DNA of 64,000 nucleotides, from assembly GCA_951406725.2 (NCBI GenBank), contig OX597817.1, positions 126,232,001 through 126,296,000 on the forward strand, written 5' to 3'. The notes beneath the pieces were generated by a model. It saw nothing but the letters and a program-made list of their open reading frames with translations. It was not told the DNA's origin and made no database searches. The translations under genes were made by a program, and so were the position numbers. Shown one piece after another: positions 1-13,429 of this stretch (positions are counted from its first letter, which is position 1; the number at the start of each line of letters is the position of its first letter). This DNA is from Octopus vulgaris. Taxonomy: Eukaryota.

Positions 1-2779
1 TGTCACTTCCATCACATTAGCTGAAACTGCAATCGCTTTAGACATTGTAACAACAAGTATATTAGTAACAGGTGATCCCCTTCAGTCATACTAGAAGGAA
101 GCAATGACGTCGTCATCAACAAAGGTCACAGAAACATCAGCAAGAGTGCAAACCAATCAATTTGCATATTTGCTAACATTTTAAAACTATTCGATTATGC
201 GTCGTTGGACAAAAACGTGTATTCATTGGCAGAGCTGAGGAGCATATCAATAGATACGAGAACAAGTTCATACTGAAGAAAACACAGCACTTTCTTGCGG
301 ACACGATCTTAACAAAACCGACAAAAGGCAAATATTCAACACTAATTTGAATTGCAATTGCTCCGTTGCTGTGTTAACTTTGATGTTCCTGCTTTTCTTT
401 ATCCATTATGTAACTGAAATGGTTCCTTTGCTATTACTATATTTGGTGCTACAGTGTTTCAGGCAGCGATAAATGAATTTGGCGACGGCCGCGTTGCGCT
501 GCAACTATGTTGAAAATATATTTACTATGGCTCTGGTAGATTGTGTTGCTCTTACTTCTGTTAACGTTGTTTTATTTTATTATTACTGTTGACACTATTG
601 ATTTTGCTGTTACTGTGCATGGCTTTTTTCTATTGCTCTTGAGTGAGTAGTATCGAAACAGAAATTTCACCATATAATTTCCTGCCATCTCGTTCTCTTG
701 CTAGTTGGCCATCCAAAGCAACAGTCTTAGAGGCATAATCACAATGTATATTTGAAAACAAATATTTGTTTACTTTGGAAGCCTTGTCCAGTGCGTCAAT
801 TTACAAAACAATCAAGTTAGTTCCCTATTATCCTGGTTGATTAGCAACAAGATAAAGCATTGAAATTACTAGATCGAATCTCATAGAGACCTACACTTGA
901 CGTATGCTTAAAGAGTTCCTAACACGTCTTCATCTAACGTGATGAAAACAGCGAAAACTGCATCAATAATTGCACTAGTGATGCATTTGCTCTTCAAGTG
1001 TTTTAAATTTTCAAATTACTTTATTAAAATTATACAAAAGATTTACACGGTACAATGTAAGTAGAGATAGGATTTCACTCATAAAACTTCTTTACCCGTC
1101 GCATATTTTTTAACTTAAAAGTTACTACATTTTATCATTCACTCACAGAACAAAAAGGATTGATATTTTCGCGTTAATAGATACGTGAAATATTTAACAT
1201 TAATATTAAATAGGTTCCTACGAACCCTTCTGTTTATCATAGTTTTTCATGTATATCTGACTCTTTGGATATGCATACGTATATTGACATACATACATGG
1301 ATATATACACATACATAAATACATACATATATACATTCATACATAGACACACGTTTCATTCTGAATATGAGGATATCTGAGTAGTTCACTGTATGGATTA
1401 ATGTAAATATGCGGATCTTTAGTTACCTACGTATATACATACGCACACACAAACTGATGCAGGCACAATAACCTTATACGCATCCATCTCTCCAAGACAA
1501 ATAATATACACAGCATATGCACATACACTGCTTACCCAGACGTATTTGGATGATATTCATTTTGTAATTATTTTTTATTTCTTTCTTCGTAAACATTCCT
1601 ATAAGCCATAACGTCAACAATGAAAATAAGAAAACGTCTATAAAATCATTTTCTTTTAATAATATTCATATCAAAGGATATATTTCTATATTATATGCAC
1701 CTACTCACAGACATAAACACAAACTACACATTGATCATTTTTAATATTTACATACGTGTGTACGCATATTTATGTATATATGTGTGTATGTCTGTGTGTA
1801 TGTGTGTGCGTGTGTGTGCATAGAACATACACATATATATATAATTTATATATATGTAGATAAATATTAGTACATGGCTATGTGTAATACATATAAATAT
1901 GCATATGTATATAGATACACATATTTATATTTACATACATATGCATGTATGTATCCACACATAGGCATCGATGTATGCTAATATACACACACATATATAT
2001 TTGCATCCACATATGTGTGTGTGTGTGTGTAATGTAATTGTGTGTATATATATATATATGAATGTAGTATTGTGTGTGAGCGTCTGTGTGCAGTCGAGAG
2101 TTATTGTAAAGTGCACATGTATAGAAAACCGTTATACATTTTCCTGTAAGAAAAAAATCCCTATCATTACACTGAAATCTATAGAGCTGCCGAAATTTTG
2201 TATCTTTTCATGAAACTAATGAAAACCGTTATGCCATATATTTAGTTCAGAGGTAGATTGTTAGAGTATAGTCATTATTTTATTTCCTTTCTTTGGCTTT
2301 CACCTCTCAGTTGTTTATTTCCTTTGTTGCTTGTTAACAACCGAAATAGGATTTGGGATGCTAAAAAGGTTAGTAAGCAGTGAGAGGGAAGGTAGGCGTC
2401 GGTTATGAAAATTCGTGCATAGTATTTTGTGCTGGGAATATATTAATGCCTTTTGTTATTCTGCCACAATATGTCTGTCTGTCTTACAGATAGACGCAGA
2501 TTTATAAATATGACATTCTCTGCAAGTTATTCTAATACTTTCTGTATTGTACTTATTAGATACGAAACAAAATTGTATTTGGTATGCATTATAAAGGAGA
2601 ATATGTTGTAAATGTGTGCTTCCAGCAATAACTTTTATTCTCCTTCTACTCTGATCACACATATTCTGATTCGAAAAATCATAGTGGAATCACGATATAT
2701 ACCATTTCTCTTGCATGGAAGGAAGATTCAACAATTCTTGTATACACACCTACACACACACTAGTTATAATAAATGTTT

Positions 2780-3860
2780 GCACAAGAGCAGCAAGTTTGT
2801 TGAAATGGGGCTAGTCGATTACACTGATTCCAGTGTTCAACTCGAACTTAATTTTTTTTCGATCCCATTCAAATGAAAGGCAAAGTCGACCTCAGTGGAA
2901 TTTTAACTCATAACGTAAAGACGGACGAAATGGTGCTATGCCTTTTGTCAGATGTGCTAACGAATTTACCAGCTCACTGCCTTAACGTAAATTGTAATTT
3001 TCGTTCCATATTTGGGCATAAGAGCAGTAAGTTCGTGAGAGGGGTTAAGTCGATTATATCAATCCCGCTATTCAACTATTACTTACTTTATCGACCCCTA
3101 AAGAATGAAGACAAAGTCGGCCTGTGTGATATTTGAACCCAGAGTGTAACGTCGGAAGAAACGCAGCTAAGCATTTTTCCGGCGTGATAACGATATTGGC
3201 TACTCACTACATTATCATAGAAAGTAATATTAACAATAAGTTCTTTACGTTCTGAATCCACATTCCGCTGATGTCTGTTTTGCCTTTTCTTTTCTTCTGG
3301 GTCGATGAAATACGTACCAGTGGAACACTGGGGTCGATGAAATAGACTCGCACTCACCCCCGGAATTGCTAGCCTTGACCAAAATTTGAAACGGTTATTG
3401 ATTTCAAATTTTGGTACAAGACCAGCGAGGTCGAGGGAATAGGATAAGTCAATTGCATCGATTTCAGTGCTCAACTGGTACTTATTTTACCGATTCCGAA
3501 AGGATGAAAGGCAAAGTTGACCTCGGCGGAATATTAATTCATAAAGAAAAGAAGAACGAAAGGCCGCTAAGCATGTTACTTTTTCCGGCGTGCTACCGAT
3601 TCTGCCAGTTCCCTGTTTTCAGTTTGAAGAGCAAAATTAATAAATAAAGGCGACGAGCAGGCAGAACTGTTAGCACACCAAAGAAAATGCTTAGCGGCAT
3701 TTCGTTCGTCTTTATGTTCCGAGATTAAATTCCGCCGTGGTTGACTTTGAACTACATACTTTGAGGTTCGATGAAAGAAGTACCAGTGGAACACTGCACT
3801 GGATGTAATTGAAGTAATGCTCTCCACGAAAATACTGGCCTTGTGCCAAACTGTGATCCA
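2780..3860. mobile_element. Cluster of about five degenerate copies of tRNA-derived SINE family A in mixed orientation
   Basis: Repeated blocks such as GGATGAAAGGCAAAGTCGACCTCGGCGGAATT and CACTGGGGTCGAT match the full copy at 33664-33895. Approximate copies: 2780-2983(-), 3010-3205(-), 3245-3392(+), 3405-3610(-), 3648-3858(+). Confidence 0.85.
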
Positions 3861-3989
3861 GTATTAATAACGAGTCCTTATGGGCCAGAAGATCAGCGTA
3901 AAGATAACTAAATATTTCAAAGCAATAAGCAGTGAGAATTTACATCGACTTTTGTAAAATAATATATACATTAACAATTAACTAATAAG

Positions 3990-5930
3990 TGTATTAAAGA
4001 AAATCTCAAATAGATGCAATCTCCACTCAAGAGCAGCTACGATACCCTACTGCTCATCATAGCAACCGAATCTCTCACCTTCATAATCGTAAGTCTACAA
4101 AGGACAGCTTTATTTTATGCTCACTCGGTCGAGTCATTGGTACAATAATTGCCGAACTTTTAATAAAATTAACCGGGAGACAACACATACAATTAACTAT
4201 CACTTTCATTTCAAGTGAAAATTTTACATATTTTATGAATGATTGACTGAAGTGAAAATGTCTGATCTCCAGCTCTTTCACCATCTCCACCGCATAATCT
4301 TTTTTTGTGAACACCCAGAAATGGTAGAAAGCTGCTAGCACTTTCATACAAAGATATTTACGGGCGATCTTTACAGCGGAGTTCGCCAAATGCAACCCGT
4401 CCTATCATGACAGTAGCCGTAGGACATATATCCACAGGCACTTATGACCAGGTACTGTATGAGCGCTTACAAGGAGGATTGGTTGCACTGCACTATCTCG
4501 GGCAAGCACTGCTGACCGGCTACTCATGATCGTAAATATTATCCCGAACCGGCAAGGTATCCGATTACACTGCCAGGCCAAATACGTTTTGAAATTATAT
4601 ATTGTCCCCAACTCATTAAATCATGTGGGAAAGTCCAGTCGATTTTCATCGACACCCAAAGTTGCTCTGAATACGCCATTGAATTTACTTACTACTAACT
4701 CTCTATAAAATGAATGCCGTGGTCGAATATTCACCGACTGCCCAGCCTGATTTACGGAAGACTATGAGCATCTGACTGCACAAATGTGCCAAGAACCCTA
4801 CCTTAGTCTATGTTTGATCCAGGACTGCATTATTTTGAAAGAGACAAGCTGCATAAAAGCGTATCTAACAAACAGTTCTACCGCTTTGTTGACCTTCCTA
4901 GAATTTCCATTGCCTCAGGACATATTAGCACATGGTCAACTAACTCTCCACAAAGGAAATGCTGAGAGCAGATGGAACACCGGAAAAGCGAGATACGTTC
5001 TCTGAACCTACAGTGCAGGAGCAGAGTTCTATGAAGGTTGCTAATGGAGTAGGACGCCCAAGCGGAAATACATGATGGATTGATAAAGACATTCACCACA
5101 TTCACTCATGTAGGATAGTCTCTTCTTAGCAGATTTCCGTGTTAGACTAGTCACTCACATCCTCACTGTGATCGTCCTACGTTTTTGTCCAACTGGAGAC
5201 CTGCACAAGTCGAAATCCATAGAAATTTAACTATCCGCCCATCTACGTTCATGCGATGCTGCTGCATGCTATGAATCTCTCACATCGTCATCATAGGCAA
5301 CCCCAGATATTCCACATCTTAGTTTTGGTGGGCCTCCCGTCGAAGCCTTCATCTGCAGAAATAGCAGAGAAAGGACGCTCTTGACGAACTGATGTTATGA
5401 TACTGAAGAACTCCGGCAAGTGGTAATTTACTCTGACCAACTAGAAAATGAAGATACAAGTTGCAGTGATGTTACATCTGAAGAAGTAACCGAAACTAGC
5501 CGTTTTCAGTACAGCCGCAAAATATGGATGATCGTAGTTATTGAAGACTCTCTCATGGTATAAACTGATTAAATCCTTCACCATACCAGGAATTTTACCA
5601 CCTTTAAAATGATGTATTGACTGAAGTGGATGTTTCTGGATAGATGTTTTACGCATGGCAGAACTCAATACTGTACTAACCAGCGTATTGGCAAAAAACG
5701 CATATATCGTTGCTAAAACTTCGACCAATGTTTTCAAATCTCCATTAGATTTCAAGTTGTTAAAATTCCCCTCGTTAGGGTCCTTTTTCCGCAGCAGTAT
5801 CACATCCTGTTAGCAGAATTGGTATTTTTTTTCTTGGAATCTAGTAACATGCAGCTCTCCCCCAGATGTCAGACGCTGAAATGCGGCTTTGTGGGCGCCC
5901 TGTGCCACTCTGTTACTCATTACTACTAAT
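3990..5930 (-). mobile_element. Decayed Tx1/L1-clade LINE (RT and C-terminal part of ORF2)
   Basis: Minus-strand translation gives degenerate RT motifs in the expected order: VILLRKKDP..DLKTLVEVLA, LISLYHERVFNNYDHPYFAAVLKTASFG (cf. LDQEKAFDRVDH), VRVNYHLPEFFSIITSVRQERPFS (cf. VRQGCPLS), VAYDDDV (cf. YADD). There is a downstream Cys/His segment (DHVLICP) and many stops and frameshifts. Confidence 0.8.
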
Positions 5931-6169
5931 GTTTTCTTTGGCTAGGCAAAGTCAGGACGCTAGTACTAGAGACACCACTTGAAAAAACGAGAAGGTTGTA
6001 AGCAAAAACTGGAAGTGTAAAGAAAATGGAAAAAGAAAGAGAAAGAAAGTTAGAATTACTACTCCATTGACTGTAGACGGCATAATTAAATTAGTTGTAA
6101 AATATTTCAATAGAGACGAGTTCAAAGAATGCAACACAGCAGCTCAATTTAGAAAGAGTTCTGTACTAC

Positions 6170-7100
6170 ATTTCATCCAATAAAATTTTCCACATACTTA
6201 CATTTGCTGGAAGTTTCGTATCTGGAATCAAGTAGAGTAGTAGAATTATTGGATCTAAAATGTATGTGTGATATTTCAGCTTCACATTAGTTGCGTTTCT
6301 TAGTTCCAATTACATATGGCATAGATTTCTGTATGATTTTGTGATTGGTTATATGGTGCGTGTAACGGGTTTTCAAACTCTGTACGTAGTTAGCCAACTT
6401 AGTGGCTTTACCTTTGTCGGTATTCCAGAACGAAGACTGTTACAGGGAATAACGTTGTGTGAAATGGCTTTCGTATAAACCTATATAATATGTCTCTTCA
6501 GTTACGTTATCTTGAACCGTTGTTATGACTTCTGCTTCATAGACGACGAAGTTTATCATCATACAATCATGGTCAAGTGAGAAAGCTTCAGGGCCTCGGC
6601 CGGTAAGACTGCGAGTAGGGTCTTGATGATGCTTACAAGTTGTAATGTTTTACCTGCTAAGACAGCATCTATACAATACATTCATTGACAAATGACCGAG
6701 AACCATATTAATTTCGTAGGTCTAGTTTTATGTCTATTTTTAGGTTTAATAGTTTTACATGAAAGTTTGCAATATCATATAACGTTGAATCCCCTATTAA
6801 CATGGTCATTGTTAAATTAGGGACGCTGCCTTATCAAATATTTCAGTAGAGGAGCACGGATTAGATATCCTATTACTGACGTTATCTATGAACTTTTCTA
6901 TCATTATACGGGACGACATAACTGTTTGTTTATATAGGACAGTTTATCTCCTATATACGCAAAAAAGCCCTTATCATGCTACCCAGGTCCGTTACATAAC
7001 AGAATGCCTTTTGTGTATCTCTTCCGTTCAAGAAAAGTTGGCGCTGGCATAATTCAACCAAGCAATTTTAACGACTTAAACATGCATATTTAGTGATGGA
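6170..7100 (-). mobile_element. Decayed Penelope-like element (RT C-terminus plus GIY-YIG endonuclease)
   Basis: Minus frame reads VVYEAEV...YYIGLYESHFTQRY...ATKLANYVQSLK...KIIQKSMPY...CEAE...LLDSRYETSSKCK, matching the PLE GIY-YIG pattern. Upstream DKLSYINKQ...EIFDKAA resembles the PLE RT thumb. Stops are present. Confidence 0.75.
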
Positions 7101-9107
7101 ATAAGTACTGTATTATATCAAAAACATTAGGTGTGACAGACCCGAAATATTAATTAAATTCATTCATTAAATATACAGAACGCAATACAGAATGTGCGTG
7201 AAATTTCGCATTCAGTATTAACTCCAGAAATCGAAGCTGTCATATCGAAGTTCCTCAAGGCTGCATAGTCTAACAGGGAATAATTTATGAGGCTACAAAA
7301 ATATATAAGAATGTAGTTATATAAAAATAGCTGAAAGAATTTAGCTGCATTATGACATAAAATTGTATCTGCAAGAAATCCATACAAATTTCTGCATGAA
7401 AATTTAATAGTAAATAAATGCTCATTTGAAGAACATTAGGTGTAATTTGGTAGAGGCAAAATTTGATCACCGCACTATTGAAAAATATGAGTGTATGTTT
7501 ATGAAATATATGTTCCTTCGTGTATTATAATTGAATAGGTGGATTTATTGACTCCATGACGGAATTTAAACAGAAATCTACCGATATAACATTGTGGGAA
7601 AAATGTGATCAACCTATTTTCCTCAGCATATAAAACGCAGAAAAGAATGGCTATTTCTGTATCATTGTCTCTTTATGATAACTGTAAAATTGCGCTGCCT
7701 CAAAAAATGGATTTTGATGGAGATACATTCCTTTGATATTTCATAAGAAATTATCTTTTTTGTCGTCAAATACATATCAAATTTATATATTCTTGCAATA
7801 TTTAAACTTGGCATTTGAATTACAATATTTGTTTAATATTTTAAATCAGGCAAACGTCGTCCGAGAACAACTTATATTCGAAACATTTCTGATCCTTTAA
7901 AATTTATGTTTTAGCTGTTAAATCGATGTAATTGATCTCGGATGAAGGTTATATACGTCTGTAGTAGAATAAGTGGATATTTATAACCAGTTACTAACTC
8001 ACGTACTATTCTTCTAGTGGGTTAAATTTTGTTGTTATGATTTGGGTGTTCAATCTCTGAGTCAACAGATGATTATATTTTCAGCCTTTTAACTTATTTA
8101 AGCCCATAAATTAGCAAGAATCTGAAGTTATAAGATGAATTTAACATATATTAACATTCGTCTTTCAATGTTATCAGAAATTATACTAAGCTGTGTACTG
8201 ATATGATTTTTCACAAACCACTTTGTTTCGTTCGTTGAATATTGGGCTTTCTTTGCTTTCTCTACTTTCACTGAAATAAAAACAAAATTACTTTATGTAC
8301 TTCCAAAAAATTACTTTATCAGTGAAATGCCAATAAGAGTTATTCCAAGTAGTATTATGAGTGGGAATATGTGATATATATACTTATATGTTATGTATAC
8401 ATATATGTCGTACTTACGTTCTTGCATTGTTATGAAAAATGCCAAGAACTATTAAGAAATTCTTATGAGTAAAACAAACGAACAACATTTATTAAAGCAT
8501 ATTTATGTATATTATGATTTTATGTATCATTAATATTGAATTTCTTTTTCATCCAAATCAGAGTTTATAGAGCATTGCTAACTGTATTATACAGTGCCGT
8601 ATAATATCTAATTACTACTTCACATCTTTTGATTTAAAATCTTGCCAGTATTAACTTTAGTGTTACAAAGCATCAGGAAAAAGTAGAAGTATTTATGTTT
8701 GTGCTAAAAGTCCAACATAATAAAAGTACCGAATTCTGTGACAAAACCAAATATAATTTCTGTAGGTAAATAACTTTTCATTTAATCAAGTTTGGCGAAT
8801 TTTAATTGGGATTCCTCGTTAAATTTAATTGCTATGAACGTCTGCCATGGCGCTTGTAAATAGCCGCGCGATCTATCAAAAATATAATTAAAATCTCTCT
8901 CATATATAAGTTACACGATTTCACAAAACGATGTACGTTTTGGAAAACATTATAGTACTTGCCAAATGTCTGAAAGAAAATCAGGGCAACGAGAAACTTA
9001 CAAGGTGAACTCATTTTGTCATAGGTTAATCCGTTGACAACTAAAGTACTCGGAACAAACGACAAATACCGACAATGGGAAAAATCCCTACGCACAAACA
9101 CACGTAC

Positions 9108-9111
9108 AGAG

Positions 9112-9161
<50 letters not shown>

Positions 9162-9229
9162 AAACACATGCACACATGTATCTCCCTCTCTCTCTCTATA
9201 TATATATATACATAGATACATATATATAT

Positions 9230-9273
<44 letters not shown>

Positions 9274-9280
9274 GTATATA

Positions 9281-9352
<72 letters not shown>

Positions 9353-9364
9353 GTGTGTGTGTGT
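9108..9364. repeat. Compound (CA)n/(TA)n/(TC)n microsatellite
   Basis: Visible dinucleotide runs. They explain the YI/IY-repeat ORFs. Confidence 0.95.
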
Positions 9365-9875
9365 ATTATCAGTAGCACTAGTATGAGGTGTGAATGGAAA
9401 AAATTGGAAATAGGATATTGGCTTTCTATGTTTGCAAAAGAATAAGTAGAATATAAAAAAAAAATATTGTTGAATAAAAAAAGGCAGTGCATGCGCACAC
9501 GCACACGCACACTTGGAAACATACGCATAGATATCCATAAATATACTAGATGGATGTCAAACTTCCTGATTAAAACACTGCAAGAGCATTAAACAGAATC
9601 TCGTGACAAAAGAAATGGCATGTCTGATTGTATCTGTTTAGCATTTGTATACATCAAAGCTGTTGATATCAAAAGGGTATAATCTATAACGCACTAGATA
9701 TTGTGAAAATAAAAAAAAATAGTTAACGCATTATCCTATAGGGAGAAAATATTGACGGTTTTAATGTAGTTCTGTGATAGTGCTTGGTAGCTAGTTTTGA
9801 TGGCGAGTGAAGTCGTACTATGAATGGGAATGATAAGGAAATAGCGTTGAAAGTAATAGTAGTAATAAGTAATGG

Positions 9876-9877
<2 letters not shown>

Positions 9878-9953
<76 letters not shown>

Positions 9954-10105
9954 CAACATTATTATTATTATTATTATTATTATTATCATCATTATTATTA
10001 TTATTGTTGCTGCTGTTGTTGTTGTTACTGTTGTTGCAATTGCTGTTCTTGTTGTTTTAGTCTCACCATCATCAGCATTATTGCGGTTAATGGTCATCTT
10101 CTTCG

Positions 10106-10183
<78 letters not shown>

Positions 10184-10241
10184 TTATTATTAATATTATC
10201 ATTATTATTATTATTATTATTATCATTATTATTATCATTAC

Positions 10242-10293
<52 letters not shown>

Positions 10294-10318
10294 GTTATTA
10301 TTATTATTATTATTAATA
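9878..10318. repeat. Long imperfect (ATT)n microsatellite with (GTT)n and (ATC)n interruptions
   Basis: Visible trinucleotide runs. They explain the poly-Ile and poly-Leu ORFs. Confidence 0.95.
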
Positions 10319-10885
10319 TATCATTAAATTGGCACAATCACAGGAGCTTTGGAAAATATATATTCCTATATATCTTCCGCTTCTTTACGACTTCAGTGCA
10401 CATCCTCCTGTGGACCGTGGAGAACTTTGCCTTTCTTCCATATGTGGTCAATAAAATAAACTGTCTTGTACTGGATTTCACGTCATCGACCACTCCTCTC
10501 AAAATTGCCGATCATATGCCTAAATAAGAATGCTATATAATTGTTGCTAGTAATGTTGTTTCTGTTGTTCTCATTGTGTTTCTATTGGTATATATGTTTT
10601 GAAGTTGCCAGTGGCAGATGAGTCGCCATATTTCTCCGAGAGCTTTTGATTTTCCATATGTTTAACGACATTTTGTTCTGGTAAAATTAAAAAAATTAGT
10701 TCTATATAGTTTTAGACATCTGCGCCCCATGAGGGGTGTGTGTGCATGAGCGCGGGCGTGTGAATCTATATTTGTGAGTGTTTCTGCGAATACAGACATT
10801 ATGTATAAAGATGCTGAAAATGTGGTGATATAACACAATGGGTGATATCAATGGGTGATATACATACATACATACATCTACTGAA

Positions 10886-12242
10886 ATACTCAACAAATGC
10901 AGCAGTTATTCTAAGCAGGGGACCCTAATTTACATACCGAAAATGTTTAACCGTTCTATAAACTCTCTATATACCCAACAAATACAGCGGTTATTCTATG
11001 CAGGACACCCTAATTTGCATACCGAAAATGTTTAACCGCTCTATAAACACTATATATATACTCAACAAATACAGCAGTTATTCTACGCAAGAGTCCCTAA
11101 TTTGCATACCGAAAATGTTTAACCGCTCTATAATCTCTGTATTTACTCAACAAATACAGCAGTTATTCTATGAAGGAGTCCCTAATTTGCATACCGGAAA
11201 TGTTTAGCACTTTATAAACTCTATATATACTCAACAAATGCATTAGTTATTCTATGTAGGATTCCCTAATTTGCATACCGAAAATGTTTTTCCGATCTAT
11301 AAACTCTATATACACTCAACAAATATAGCCGTTATTCTATGCAGTAATCCCTAATTTGCACCCCGAAAATGTTTAACCGCTCTATATACTCAACAAATAC
11401 AGTAGTTATACTATGCAGCAGACCCTAATTTGCATACCGAAAAAGTTTAACCGCTCTATAAACTCTATATATACACAACAAATACAGCAGTTATTCTATG
11501 AAGGAGTCCCTAATTTGCATACCGAAAATGTTTAACACTTTATAAACTCTATATATACTCAACAAATGCATGCAGTTATTCTATGCAGGAGTACCTAATT
11601 TGCATAGCGAAAATGTTTAACACTTTATAAACTCTATATATACACAACAAATACAGCAGTTATTCTATGAAGGAGTCCCTAATTTGCATACCGAAAATGT
11701 TTAACACTTTATAAACTCTATATATACTCAACAAATGCAGCAGTTATTCTATGCAGGAGTACCTAATTTGCATAGCGAAAATGTTTAACACTTTATAAAC
11801 TCTATATATACTCAACAAATGCAGCAGTTATTCTATGCAGGAGTCCCTAATTTGCATACCGAAAATGTTTAACCGCTCAATAAACTCTATATATACGTAA
11901 TAAATACAGCAGTTATTCTATGCAGGAGTCCTTAATTTGAATGCCGATATGTTTAACTGCTCTATAAACTTTATATTTACTCAACAACTACAGCAGTTAT
12001 TCTATGCAGGAGTCCCTAATTTGCATACCGAAAATGTTTAACCGCTCTATAAACTCTATATATACTCAACAAATACAGCAGTTATTCTATGAAGGAGTGT
12101 TTAATTTGCATACCAAAACTGTTTAACACTTTATAAACTGTTTAAATACTCAATAAAAGCAGCAGTTATTCTATGCAGGAATCCCTAATTTGCATACCGA
12201 AAATGTTTTACACTCTATAAATTATATATATACTGAACAAAT
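10886..12242. repeat. Tandem minisatellite/satellite array, 16 copies of an ~84-85 bp unit
   Basis: The anchor GTTATTCTA (or a variant) recurs at 10905, 10990, 11077, 11162, 11246, 11331, 11405, 11490, 11575, 11659, 11743, 11827, 11912, 11996, 12081 and 12165. Consensus is about TATACTCAACAAATACAGCAGTTATTCTATGCAGGAGTCCCTAATTTGCATACCGAAAATGTTTAACCGCTCTATAAACTCTATA. Confidence 0.97.
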
Positions 12243-13040
12243 CCATCCATCCATCATTATCAATTTACTCTTGTATATATATTTATATATACTTATAGTA
12301 AAACCAAACGTTACTTCCGATGGTACTTTTTAGATGTTGTCAATGTATTGTGACATACTTTCCTTTATTTTCACATCCATAGGATATTGTTAAATATAAT
12401 TTATGATATCGATTATGAATTTTGAGCATACCCCCATTACATATGTATGCTTCTTTAGGCATTTATATTATTATCATTTTTTGTTTTCTTTAACGCTAGT
12501 CCGATCTTGACATTTAGAGACAGTTAACATCTTATGCGTCACTTACGAAGCTCCGTTTAATTTTTTGGCGTTTCTTGTGAATCGTCTAAACTTATCAAAG
12601 AAAGAGTGTGAGCGAGAAGGACAAAGGAGAAATAGAGAAAGTAAAAACATTGGCTGTTACTTGTGGTTAAACACATTAATCCAAAGGAAAAAATGACAGC
12701 AACAGAAAGAAAACAGATTAGATTTGAAAATGAAAATCAGAACGCCTCCCCACCACGTGTTTCTTTGTTCAGTGACCAAACAGATATGTAAGCAATACAA
12801 CACAATTTTATTTTATATTATCAGTTTCAGAATAATATACGATGACACTAAACAGGATAAAGTTCATAGCGGATAACGTTCTGTTTTCTTATATGCTGCT
12901 ACACACTAGCTTCTTAAAGTATTGTAGTGTTTATACACAATTCTTGTATTACATTTATCGATAGTCCCGGTCTCTGTTGTACTTACCAATTCATAACCTT
13001 TACTTTTTGCGCAAAGATTATTTCAGTAATATATTAGACC

Positions 13041-13132
<92 letters not shown>

Positions 13133-13133
<1 letters not shown>

Positions 13134-13428
13134 GGGAGGCGCAATGGCCCAGTGGTTAGGGCAGCAGACTCGCTGCGGTCGTCGTAAGATCGCGGTTTCG
13201 ATGTGAGTGTTTATTGACCGAAAACATCTAAAGCTCCACGAGGCTCCGGCAGCGGGTGGTGACGATCCCTGCTGTACTCTTTCGTCACAACTTTCACTCT
13301 TTCTTCTGGTGGCCTGCTCGCTTAGCCAGCGGGGTCGCGTCATTGGAAGGCTAAAACAATGCGAAGCGTATTGTGACCGGCGATGTGTAGCAACATCTGA
13401 TAGCCTTCTCGGTCACGTGATCACGTGA
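13133..13428 (+). mobile_element. tRNA-derived SINE (family C)
   Basis: The 5' end GGCGCAATGGCCCAGTGGTTAGGGCAG contains a Pol III A-box, followed by a degenerate B-box (GGTTTCGAT). It is a GC-rich island in a (TA)n tract and ends in CACGTGATCACGTGA. Confidence 0.75.
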
Positions 13429-13429
13429 T

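Noticed and set aside
1-660. Possible Ser/Thr-rich coding segment at the window start
   Set aside because: It has in-frame stops and decays into low-complexity GTT/TTA sequence, with no identifiable product.
9723-10527. 204-235 aa poly-Ile ORFs on both strands
   Set aside because: They are translations of the (ATT)n microsatellite. The same applies to the YIYI, CVCV and THTH ORFs throughout the track.
10886-12242. CRISPR-like appearance of the regular repeat array
   Set aside because: Whole units repeat with no unique spacers, there are no cas genes, and the context is eukaryotic.
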